A stretch of DNA of 64,000 nucleotides from Podarcis tiliguerta (lineage: Eukaryota). The notes beneath the pieces were generated by a model that made no database searches, had not been told where the DNA came from, and saw only the letters and a list, made by a program, of their open reading frames with translations. The stretch lies in NCBI GenBank assembly GCA_965153285.1, contig OZ229115.1, one strand, 5' to 3'. Shown piece by piece: positions 37,410 through 49,407 of this stretch (position 1 is the stretch's first letter; each line of letters starts with the position of its first letter). The position numbers were made by a program, and so were the translations under genes.

Positions 37410-39419
37410 CTAGAGAGAAAAGGAAATGAGTTATTTAGTCAAGAACATGAATACTAAGCTTCAGCTTGTAGTCTGACTTCACCTACCACTTCAACCCACG
37501 CGAGGAGAACTCTCTCATTATCCCTGCCATATTTAGAGTTGAACAGGATGTGTGACTTTCATACAGTTTCAGCTAAACTGAAAATGTAACACCATATTGC
37601 AGGGCTGGTAGGGTTCTGCCCCCCCCCAACCCCCACCCCCACCCCAGATTTTGGTGTCAGCAAAAAACAAAATTAAAATAAACATGCTGGAAAGTAGATC
37701 CCAACACCTTGGTGGGGATACAAATAACTCCCCGCTTCTTAGCTGGTTTCCTCCAAACTCTCCCCCATGACACCCTACTAGGTTTCCATATTCCTCCAGC
37801 TGTACCATTTTGGAAAGCTCTGATTTAAATTAAGGCTGCACAGAAAAATGAGGGGGAAAATCCTACAACAATGGGACAATGGACTATAAATCCTGAACAC
37901 AAACTTGTAGATGTTAGCAAGTATTAAGTGTTAAAGATGTGTCAGATTCAAACTACTTGATTGCTTTTTAGTTACAACAATTCAAGTTTTAAAATTGTTT
38001 TAATAAATCTACTCTCCCTACAATATTGACACATTGGATATTGGGATATTCCATAATATAAATTACTAGTTCTATTTTGTTTTACCTACAGGTATGCATG
38101 GCATTTTTGTACGGTGTGTGGGGGTGTAATTCATATTTAAAGAGAATCTGTGGCTTGCCCTTCCAGTGAAAACCATGGTGGGTCAAAGCATATAAAACAA
38201 TGTAACAAAAAGTGGCTGTGTTCAAACATCACATTGACCCAGACTTCCTACCTTACCATGGTTTATCAGGAATGAGCAGCATGCTAATGCACGCTGCCTG
38301 ATCTCACAGCTGGAAAAACTCAGCAGCGCTGGCAAATACACCTCTACAGTTACTGGGAACAAATGCATGCTGCTAAAGGAGCCATCTTGATGGAAGTCAC
38401 TTTACAAAGCTACTCAGGAGACCACATTTCAGCCACTGAAAGCTAATTGATTGAGCTGACTCTAAAAATACATTTTTTCCAAAGGCTAAAATTCTGCAGC
38501 TATTTTGCAATGAAGATTGTGTTCTGTGGAATACAAAAGATCTTAGAGCTGCAGTCTGCTTGGATGTTTCAGTGCAGTGCAAGCTGCACAAAACCCAAAA
38601 CACTGCAAGCAATGAGGTCACCTTCTGCAGTGCCATCTCTCTTCTAAAAAGATGTAGCCTGATCTGCTTTCCACTTCAAATATCTAACACAGATAAGATC
38701 AGCTGGTAATACAAGACAGCAGAGTAAAATACTTGTGCAAGGAATGCTAGTATTTTAAAGTACAAAGGCACTGCAGATTTTAAAGGCTGTGTTTTAAATC
38801 AATCCAGCATCGTGCATCAAAATGCAGGAGATTGCTGGAAACAGGCTGCACGATAGTGGAAAAGTCTGGTGTCAGTTCCACGAGGTATTTATGCTGAGCA
38901 TAACTGCTGCTGGCTTTTTGACAAGCGGGTTTTACATTCTTAAGATTGCAGTTCCTAGAAATACCAAGAGGGGTCCTTACTTTCTTCTACTGTGAATCAA
39001 GCAGTTTATATATGCTTGAATACTGTTTTAGAAACAGTGCACAGGAGGAACAACTTTAGTTTGACCCTAAATTCCCAGTTCTTCTACCGAGCGTTTGATA
39101 TTGATAGGGAACAACTTTAAAAGTCTATGTTATTTTAGAGTCTTTATCAGGGCCAAGAAGGTTCTATGTCTACATTGGATTAAAAAAGAGAAGTGCATAA
39201 GAGAATCCTTTACAATCTTATTCCTGTCCATATAGCTGGACTGGTTTTTAACACAAAAAAGCTTCCCCATCTTTGGTTTTAGGTTTTCTTTATGCCAACA
39301 GAAAAGAGGATCCCAGAATGTCTCAGGGATCCCACTGAGAAAAATTCCACTCATCTTCTGGGTACAAGTCAAAACTAAAAATCTAACAGTCTTCTTCACA
39401 CAAGGCTCCAGCTGCATAC

Positions 39420-39475
39420 CTGGAGAAGCCATTTTCTTTTTCCTTCTTTATTTTCACTTCACCAGATGATTTACT
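39420..39475 (-). CDS. TOP1: TOP1 exon 5 (56 nt): SKSSGEVKIKKEKENGFS
   Basis: ttcag|AGT acceptor, AG|gtatg donor; contains the IKKE SUMO consensus. Confidence 0.95.
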
Positions 39476-40221
39476 CTGAAAACAGAAGTGAGAGCTGGTT
39501 AGTAAGCTATAAAAGGCACTGTCATATCTTCCCTGTGCATTCAAATGTAACTGACAAAAGACCCTTGTACCAGGAGCAAGTGCTATTCCTCAGAAACGCT
39601 TTCAGCATTATTGGATCCGGCCAATCCCAAATACGTGCTCTGTCCTGCTGTTTTCCTATCTATCTAGATGTTCTCCCGAAGTTTTTCCTTTTGTCTGGCC
39701 ACAACTGCAGAATTTGCTATCAACTCCTTAGCTTATTTAGACAAGGCTTCTGCTTGTACTGTTACACTGCATAATTATGCGCTTTGCCCAGACATGAACA
39801 GATGGGGTAGGAAAATTATCAAGGTACTGTCTGTCCCTCTTCTGTCTGTCAAGGCTGGGCTAAGGGGTGCACCTGCATCGGTGCAATGTTTGTAATATCC
39901 TGCATCAAGTTACCTACAGAATCCCTCCTCATGTAGAACACAACATGTGCTGAAATTCGGCCTGTAGCTGCTATGAAGCTTAACATGACTTTTATTATGA
40001 CAAGTTTACAACAGCCATTTAAGCAGACGCACAGTGATGTCATCTAACACCTAATGCCACAGCTCCTATACTCATAGCCTTGAGTTTCTGTTGAAACTGT
40101 ACGTGGGATTTGACTTGCAAAACAGCTTAAAAATGTCAAAAATGTGAAGCTGCTCGTGTCTTTATCCACAACAAAAGCCCAGTCCAAAGCAGTGCCATTC
40201 AGCCCCACCACCATCCTGTAC

Positions 40222-40357
40222 CTTTTCTTCCTTTCGTTTCTCCTTGTCTCTATCTTTGTGTTTGTCTTTGTGTTTGTCGTGTTTCTCTGAACTGCCATCT
40301 TTGTGTTTGGTTTTCTCCTTCTCTTTGTGTTTCTTCTCCGAGGAATCTTTGTGCTCA
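40222..40357 (-). CDS. TOP1: TOP1 exon 4 (136 nt): EHKDSSEKKHKEKEKTKHKDGSSEKHDKHKDKHKDRDKEKRKEEK
   Basis: ccag|T acceptor, AAG|gtaca donor; visible in ORF 40162..40422. Confidence 0.96.
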
Positions 40358-41040
40358 CTGGAAGATACAAGAGTCAGTTGGGACAGGATCGGTAGCAACG
40401 ACCAAGCGGATTGACACGCCAAGCCCTAGAAAGTTTTCTATTAATATGAAGAATCACATAACTGTAGCAATAAGGAACATAGTAAAGTCAAGATGCCTCG
40501 GGGACACCACAGACTAATGCATTTTCGCCTGAAGGAGTTTCAACAATATATGTGCACTGTTTAGTACACCTTAAGCCCAGTACTAACATCTTGGCATGTA
40601 TGCTTTTAACAGCAGACATTAACTGGAACCTTCAGTGGATTTGTCCCCCTACTGAGACAGGGTAAAAAGAAGACAAACCCTGCAGTTATAACACCAATCA
40701 TCATATTTATGGCTCATATTGGTATTGATAAATTTATTAGACGAGAGAAACAGAGGCATACAGCATTTAAGCAATGGGCTGTGGTTCACTCAATTCAGTC
40801 ACTAGAAGAGCCAGAAACTGAGTTCAGGAGTTCTTTCATGTCTAGTTACATTCTCCTCCTGTTAGTGCATTTTAGAAACCAATGATACTTGTGCCATACG
40901 ACCTTCGCCAAGCCTCACTTCTTCCCTCTCCCCACCAGTGGCCTGTTTCACTTATGAGGGAGAGAGCAAATGGAACGTATGTTAAAGCTAAAAAAAATCA
41001 TGAGTTTTCATTACATCAGAAAGAAAATGGTATGTCTCTA

Positions 41041-41280
41041 CAGTCATACCTCGAGATAAATACGCTTCAGGTTGAGCGCTTTCGGGTTGTGCTCTGCGGC
41101 GACCCAGAAGTAACATAGTGTGTTACTTCCGGGTTTCGCCGCTTGCGCAGACAGTCAAAATGATGTCACACGCATGCACGGAAGCGGCGAAACGAGACCC
41201 ACGCAGATGCGTCTTATGTTCTATTCGGGATGCGAACGGGGCTCCGGAACAGATCCTGTTCGCATCCTGAGGTACCACTG
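41041..41280. mobile_element. Tigger/pogo-like MITE, CpG-rich
   Basis: TA|CAGTCATACCTC...GAGGTACCACTG|TA. Confidence 0.8.
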
Positions 41281-44200
41281 TAATTCTATTCTAATGACAA
41301 AATCAAAACAAAACCCAGTCTCTTTAGAAAGTGGTCCATTTCCCAATTAACTGTTCAGTGGCTGCTTAGACCACAATAATCAGAATTAAACTTGTAGATT
41401 ACAGAGATGAATTGTTGAAAAACCCTTAACGATGTGGTATATCCTGCTAGGGAAAGATTTAAGGCTCATGTGTGATTATATTATATCCAGGCACATGATA
41501 AAGAAAGCCGCTCTTAGAGAACTCCAACACTGCATTTTGAGAAGTCAACTGCAGCCTTCTCCTATTACACTCATTAGGTTTCCTTACTTCATTATCCTGA
41601 CCCTCTTGCCCCTCAATGACTCTGCAAGCTAAGTACTCTGGATTCCCCTTTCATTCCTCCCACTTGCTAGTGCCACTCTATTTCTTATGGTTTGATTCTC
41701 AGCTCCCACAAGCCCTTCCAATGTGACTTACTGCTTCTTGAATCTGGAAAATTCTCCGTCCCTAATGTAGAGACACATACCACAATAAATAAGCAACTAT
41801 ATTTATTACATTTTTATTCTGCCCATATCCTAGTAATATTTTTAAAGTACTTTTTCTTGGTTTTAATGAATGTATGGTATAGTTTGTTTTTTGTAAAGTT
41901 GATTTAAGTTGCCTGCGACAAGAAAAAGTATCTAATAAACTTAAATAACAACAACAATATAGAACAAGTGCACGTGCTACCTCCCCATATTTCAGCTCAC
42001 TACCACTCTGAAAAGGTTAGACTAAGCGATAGTGATCACCTATGCTCATCAAATTAACTTCATGACCAAGTGGAGTTTTGAAGCTGGGTCTCCCTAGGTC
42101 TGGTTAAAAACTATATAATACCAGCCTTCAGTGTCATATACCTTCTCCAAATGCCCATAAAACATTTAGTCCTTTTTAAAATGGGATGCAATTTCTTTGG
42201 ATTTTTGAGATACTTCATCATTTAAGTATTTAAGACAAGAACCACTACATATAAAGAAATCATATTTACCAAATACAAAAAGATGGAATTTCTAATACAA
42301 TCTTCTGTTCCCCACAGTGGCCAACCTTTTTTGGTCCACATAATTTATTTCAACAATCCAACTTTCATAAAATGGAAATCCCACTTGTTACAACATCTAA
42401 CAAACTTAAACTGGCTAACAGCATTTTTATTTCACTTTTGTTTTATGCAATTGTGATTCCCCCCCCCTTCATGAAAATGATGCTGAAAAGGTTAAGTTAC
42501 ATAACTTCGTATCTAATAATCAGGTCTGACTTTGCCTGTCTGTTTGCCTAATTAGGAATGCCTAAATGTCATCTGCTCCTTGCTTGGAGGACAGAGAATA
42601 TACTTCTTCCTACCCATTCATGGTTTATTGTCTAGATAACTTGCACATTCCATAGGTTCCCAACCCTGGCGCTTCAACAGAAAGAGAAAATAGGAAAAAG
42701 AGAAAGAGAAAAAGAAAGGGGGGAAATGTACAGGTGCTTTAAAGAATTAAGAGAGGATCAATACTAGCCTGGCTAAGTATGCTAGTTTATTAACCAATGT
42801 TAAGCCAGAGTTGTATGATGTAGTTTGGGTACAACAGGGAATAGGTTTAAAGAAGTCAGGATTGTTGCACCGAACAGAGTGTTTGATAGTGAAAAGGGAA
42901 AAGACCTCTTAAAACCATGGTTTATAAAACAATGGATAATCATCAAAACCTGGCCACTATGATGGAGGTTAATTGCTACTATGCTGTGCTCCAACAGACA
43001 TGGACACCAGCAAAAAGTAACAGTTTTTAATTGCAGGAACACAACAAATTTTTAGCCAGCTTTTTGTCATGGCACATTAAAGATTCTTCACATTTTTCTA
43101 CTGCTACAACATCCTCTGATCTTTTTTTCATTACTTCTACCTGGGTGTATTAAATACAACTGACATGAATTCTTGTCACCTGCAGCACTACAATCAGTTT
43201 CCCTACTTCAGTCACAAACACATGCACCCCACAGCTATACAAATTGACAAGTAAAAAAGACAGACACAGTAAGAACTTTCCTGGTAACAAATACCTATTT
43301 AGAGAACATACACGTATGAAATGTCACCACAAGCAAACTTCGCAACAGGAGAGAAAAAAAGAGATTTAATTTGCATGACAGCAGAAAATAGGGAAAAAAC
43401 CACCAAAAAATGGTATGTGTCTTTGAAGAAAAAAACTCACAGACCAGTACAGCCTCTAATAAATGAAGGTAAGCAAATGTGTCATTTAACTTAATATCAT
43501 TTTGTAATCAGACAAGAACTATTTGGAGCACCTCACATCAAGACATAAGCCCTCATTTTAAATGCCTGTTTGTTATGAATAAGATTGGTAAACTAGCTTA
43601 TGTGCCAAAATAAAAAATAAAAAAAGAAAAAGATTGTCATCCTGTGAAAGAGAGGACATAATTTCCCCTATTTGACAGTTGGGAAATGGATGATATGGGG
43701 ATAGCAACCTGGACCATAAGTCAGCCTGAGATCAGGCAATACAGTTGACGCAAATCTACACTGCAGTCCAGCCCTTTATTTAAAAAGCATGTTCAGCATG
43801 TGCAAGCAATCTCCTGCTGGCACAAAAAAAATGGTTCACCTAACAACTAATAAGGTGGTGTTTTGCTGCCTGAGGCAAAAAGCCCCCGTTCTACATACAG
43901 AAGCCAAGGAGATTGGCAGCTGGATCTATCAGTGGTAATAGGACAGTGTGTTCCATGGCTCTTGAGGGCAACATGCTAATTGAGAGGATTCAGGACAGGC
44001 TGTTGGCACAAACAGGGGAATGCTGTCCCTCAGCATCTACCACCCGAAGCAGCAACCCCACTCTGCCTAATGGTAGGGCCAGCCCTGATTCTCCTGCGCA
44101 AGCTCTGGAATTCCTTCTTCCACCAAGGTTCAGAACAAGTAGGTAAGCTTGAAGGGCAAGTTACCGTACGAAATTACTTTGGCCTTTTCCAAGAAGAGAA

Positions 44201-44305
44201 CACTGCAGCTGCATTCATTGCTTAATTCTCAACCTGGCCAACAGGCACAGACTACCCTTTCGGAAAGCTTACCTTCTCTAGTAGGCAAAGCAACTGGCCC
44301 TAGTG

Positions 44306-44441
44306 CAGGCTTCCTCAAACTCGGCCCTCCAGATGTTTTTGGCCTACAACTCCCATGATCTCTAGCTAGCAGGACCAGTAGTCAGGGATGATGGCAATTG
44401 TAGTCTCAAAACACCTGGAGGGCAGAGGTTGAGGAAGCCTG
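44306..44441. mobile_element. Short palindromic hAT-type MITE with perfect 8-bp TSD
   Basis: TIR caggcttcctcaa / ttgaggaagcctg; TSD CCCTAGTG at 44298-44305 and 44442-44449. Confidence 0.9.
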
Positions 44442-45681
44442 CCCTAGTGTAACACAGTTATCTTCCCAGATGTAGGACAGCAGTGTGTTGCAGCTACTTT
44501 TACTCCTCAGCCTGGGGCAGGATGATAATGAATGGTTAGTTGTTTCCTGACAGGCTCTCCTTCAGCTAGATCATAGGAAAGGACACTCTGTTCCCTTCAA
44601 ACATCAGCTCACAGCTTGCCACCGTAGCTGCATTACGTAGCTTCCCCTCTGAATCATGAAGGATGGATCAAGTCTATGCACAAATCAGGTTTAGAGACTG
44701 TTGCACGAATCAGTCTTCACTCATAGCTGAGCTGGGATCACAACTTTTATTATTTTATATTTATATCCCACCTTTCCTCCAAGTTGGTCAAGGCAGCATA
44801 CCTGGTCTCCCCTCCTTCATTTTATCTTTGAAACAACTCTATAAGGGCCTTAATAGCCTAATGTCTAATGACCTGGTTTTTAAGTGTTGCCTACAGAATT
44901 CTTATTCCGACAGAGTGCATAAGACAACATGCAAATGGTGTAAAGACTGAAAATTGGAGCTGGTTCTTTTTGCAGGGAGGCACTACTCCATTCTGTGGTC
45001 CACCAAAGTGGAGGACTCAGATTCAGCACAGGAATCTGAAAGGTTCTTTTGGCCAATTATGTATGGAGAAGCATGGTAGAGCTAGAAAACGATATTTTTG
45101 CTACTGTGAAGTGTTTTACTCAGTGTTTGAATCTGTTTCTGCTCCATGTTCCTTGTTTTCATAAAAGCTTTTGATTTGATTCACAGGAAGCAAAGTATTT
45201 TGATGATTTATTCTGAGATGTACTTAAAAAAAAAACTCTGCAAAAAGCACTTTACTTTATTAGTAGATTGATGCACAGCTATTCCTTCAGGAAGTGTTTC
45301 CTTCAAGTAGGCATCACTGTACTCTCTGGAAATTGCTCACAACATTAATGGCATTGCTAGAGTTAAGACGTAGCTTTTTGTTTGGAGATGAACTAACCCC
45401 CCCCCAAAAAAAAAACCTGCACTGAATATGACATAGCAAGCCACTCTGAGCCTAATCCTTGTGGCACTTATGTATTGTACTGACTCAAATAAATACATTT
45501 ATTTCTTATTTATTATCTTGAACCAGCACAGGACTTTCAGCAAGCTATATAAAGAACCATATAGACTGCTATAAACCAAAACTGATTATAATAGTTACAG
45601 GCCCTAGATAAAATACCAGCTAAAATTCTTTCTCCAGGTTAACACCCCCATCAGCACTCCAATGAGCTGAATTACATTACA

Positions 45682-46061
45682 GGATGTGGGTGGCACTGTG
45701 GTCTAAACCACTGAGCCTCCTGGGCTTGCCGATCAGAAGGTCGGCAGTTCAAATCCCTGCGACAGAGTGAGCTCCTGTTGCTCTGCCCCAGCTCCTGCCA
45801 ATCTAGCAGTTCGAAAGAACACCAATGCAAGTAGATAAATAGGTACCACTGAGGCGGGAAGGTAAATGGGTTTTCCATGCACTCTGGTTTCCATCACGGT
45901 GTTCTGTTGCACCAGAAGCGGTTTACTCATGCTGGCCACATGACATGGAAAGCTGTCTGTGGACAAACACCGGCTTCCTTGGCCTGAAAGCAAGATGAGC
46001 ACCACACACCAGTCACCTTTGACTGGACTTAACTATCCAGGGGTCCTTTACCTTTTTACCT
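45682..46061 (+). mobile_element. Sauria SINE, full length, in TOP1 intron 3
   Basis: Head ggatgtgggtggcactgtggtctaaacc, B box agttcaaatcc, tail cctttacctttttacct. Confidence 0.9.
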
Positions 46062-48007
46062 ACAGGTAACTCTCAACTTACACATATTATACTTATGCTT
46101 TGTGCAGTGGTGTGTGTAAGTGTGTGTGATAAATAAATAAATAAATGGAAAGCAGAGGAAACCCACCATTCCCTCTGCTCCCTATTTATTTATTCTTCCC
46201 TGGCCACCTGTGCACAGCTACAATTGCAGGCTTACAAGATTTTGGGGAAGCAGTGGAAGGGCTCTGGGACGCTGCCAAAGCCCTTGCACCGCCTTCACAA
46301 AGCAGAGTAAGCAGCCCTCTCACAGGAGGGGGTTGTTCCCGGCTTCATACATTTCTGTGTTTATGGGTGGACTCCCAGAACTGAAATCTCGAGTAAGATG
46401 TGAGTTACCTGAATATTATGTCCTGCAACTTTATACTCTCTACTAAGAAGCCCTACATTTTGCTACATTTCCTTTGTACACCAGCCTGCTTTCCAAGTTG
46501 CCTTTGGGCTGAAAGATATTGGATGTTGGATCCAATATGTTGGATTTAAAAGCATGAAGATTAATCCAGAAACAATAATAAATTCAAGTAAACTTGAATG
46601 TTGGCTGGGCTCCTTTGGGAGGAAGGCTGCAGTATAATTGTAATAAATAAATTTTGCTCCCTTAATGGAATAACTTTATAAGTATGAAAACAGCTATAGT
46701 ACCAAGGCAACCACCACCCCACCAAAACTTCAATATGGCTAGCCCAAACACTCTGGTTTGCCCCTGATCATCTCTTACACGTCACCTTATGCAGGCCTAA
46801 ACCATTCTACAGGAATTAGGCCTGCCCCTTTGGCCAGTTTTCCCACTTCCTGGATCATATTAAGTGTAATTCAGCAACCTGCCTCCCTAACATGGGTGTA
46901 TGCTACAGAGTTCTATGTAAGCAGAGACACTGCTTGAGCACTGGAAGATTTGCTGCCGAGCCAAGTTTGAGGTTTTAATATTAGTATATAAAGTCTTTTA
47001 TTTATACAGGTTCTAGTAATTCAACTCCTGACATAGAGTTCTGGTCTCTCTCTCCCTCCCTCCCGAGGGTAGGACTGAGCACAGGTATATTTATGAGATG
47101 AAACATGGGAGGCATGTGATTTCAAAACAGAAAAGGAGTAAGAATGGAAAAAGTGACAGAATTTCTTCACTGATTTACCATATTCATGTTATACAAAGTG
47201 AGGAATGTGCACCTCCCCTACTTGCCCTCTCAGCATGCCTGTACCACATCCTCAGACATCACCAGACATCTTTTAAATATGGAACATGAATCCAACCCTA
47301 AAGCACATGGGCCAAGATTGCAAGAGCAATATCCTAGAAAAAATTCTGAATTAAATGCATGATCCAAGTTATGTAGTCAGTTCACGTTGAGCCCCCATAT
47401 AGGCGATCTGCGGCATAAGAGGCAGGATACACTCATATGCTTGATCCCCTCGACACACAGGGGAGTCATCTCAGTATACACTTCCTGATCTGGCACACGA
47501 AGTGCTTCAAATTGCAAATATTATGTTCTCAATGAATCTATTATAATTGAATCGTGCACATTACACAGTGCATGCTTGGATGGGACAAGGCAATTTATTG
47601 TGTCTACTCAGAAGTATGTACTACTGAATTGAATCAGGTAAAGGGGCACAGCGTGCCTTCTAGAAAGAGCCAAAGTATTGTATTAGTCAGTGCAGGAAAT
47701 CATCATGAATAGGTGGCCAGATAATGAATATAAGGTGATTGGTATATAAATATGTTCATTTAAAATGCCTCTAAGTTTTAGGAAACCATAAAATATGAAT
47801 ACAATTACTAAGCAATCATACTTGAAAAGCTCTACATACCATAATTAATTTGTCTGCATATAAATTCTAACCAAGAGCTCCTCACTTGGGCAGAACTGTC
47901 ACACAAGATTCATTGAATGGACACAAGTAAACATGTGCATGATGAATAAGGTGCTACAGGTGCTACAGCCTGTGGCACTGTCTACCCCTTATCCACTGTG
48001 TTCTCAC

Positions 48008-48046
<39 letters not shown>
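48008..48046. repeat. (TAA)n microsatellite
   Basis: Direct reading; followed by tttatacacccgccca, an L2-type 3' terminus on the minus strand. Confidence 0.95.
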
Positions 48047-48047
<1 letters not shown>

Positions 48048-49304
48048 TTATTTACACCCCGCCCATTTGGCTGAGTTTTTTTGCTCGCCTTCTAAGATAT
48101 ATATCTTATCTTTTGGAAGCCTGCAATGTGATTGAGATTATAAACAAGAAACACATCAGAATAATGAGCCAAAAGCCAAGCAGGTTTTGCATTATGCCAT
48201 GCAAAAAGTCCCTTTCTAAAAGGCTGTAAACACTACAATGTGGGTGGAGGAGAGAAGAGAGTTTCACAACAATTTAGCAACGTTTGGAAGCACAAGGTGA
48301 AATACCACCCCCATTCCCTGCAAAGTGTGTTAATTAGCATTGCTGGGATTTAAGCAACCAGTAAAGTGTGCAACAGCTTAGCTAAGACATTTACAGCCTC
48401 TGCCTCCAAGGTCTATGAATGTTGTAAGTTTTGGAGTTATGTTGGCTCAGAAATATCTCCCCATCTATCACAAATTGGAAAATGAAATGGTTTATTAAAA
48501 TGTATTCAAGTTTAGAAAAAAGCACAAAAGGGATCAAGGTGTTAAATTTGTTAAAAGGTTAAATTTGTGTAACTGTTTAGGTACAAAATAAGGCTATGTG
48601 AATGAAAGGGGGGGGACAGTCATATATACCATAGAATGGCAGCCCCATTATTTGATATCTGGAAGCTATTCACAGGTTTTAACCTCAGTAACATTAACTT
48701 ACATGTAACTTGGTTAACCCCCAAACAGTAAAAAATAGCTGTCTTGAATTTACCATTTCAAGTGTCACTTTATGACTCAGGAAGATTATTAAAACAAGAG
48801 TTCCGATAAGAATGGCCACCAATTTATGTGGAGACCTTTGAAGTAGGGAAAGGAAGCCAGTACCAAAGCACAGCTATGCCTATCAAGAGCAAGCACTATT
48901 GGTTTTAATTTGTGGTGAACTAGCCTGCATCTCCTGCAAAGTTAAAGAGTATGTGAACAAAAGTGACTAAAGCAGGCTTCTTGCCTTGCACAACACTTAA
49001 GCCAGCCAATGTACTTATTGGCATAGTAGACACAATACTATCTGACCAACAACAGCCTGACTGGGCTAGCCAATCTCTGAGATTGCATCATGTCCACATC
49101 TCCCCCACCTATGGCTGGAAACAGCTGAGAAGTATGCCAATAGCCCAATCAGATGGGATCACATGAAGCAAGTTCAATGCATGCCACCTCCCCACTAGCC
49201 AGCTGACAAGCACTCAGACTGTAATCTTGCAACCGGTACATGTTTCCAGGCCTAGTTTTGCACGTCAGGACAGCAAACCTGCTGACAACAACCAGCAATC
49301 TCAC

Positions 49305-49407
49305 CTGTTACTGTGCTTGGATTTCTCTCGATCTTTCTCTTTGTCCTTCTTGTGCTCTTTGTGTCTGTGTTCCCGGTCTTTGTGTTTATCTTTATGTTTG
49401 TGAGAAT
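49305..49407 (-). CDS. TOP1: TOP1 exon 3 (103 nt): SHKHKDKHKDREHRHKEHKKDKEKDREKSKHSN
   Basis: Acceptor ttcag|AT, donor AG|gtgag; translation matches the TOP1 N-terminus. Confidence 0.96.

Noticed and set aside
42128-42221. Possible C/D snoRNA on the minus strand (ATGATGA...CTGA, 94 nt)
   Set aside because: No convincing terminal stem, C'/D' boxes or rRNA antisense element.
42501-42512. ATAACTTCGTAT, 12 of 13 bases of a loxP arm
   Set aside because: No spacer plus second arm and no vector sequence nearby; treated as a chance match.
13265-49407. TOP1MT or a processed pseudogene instead of TOP1
   Set aside because: The long charged N-terminal exons and all introns are present, with no frameshift or premature stop.
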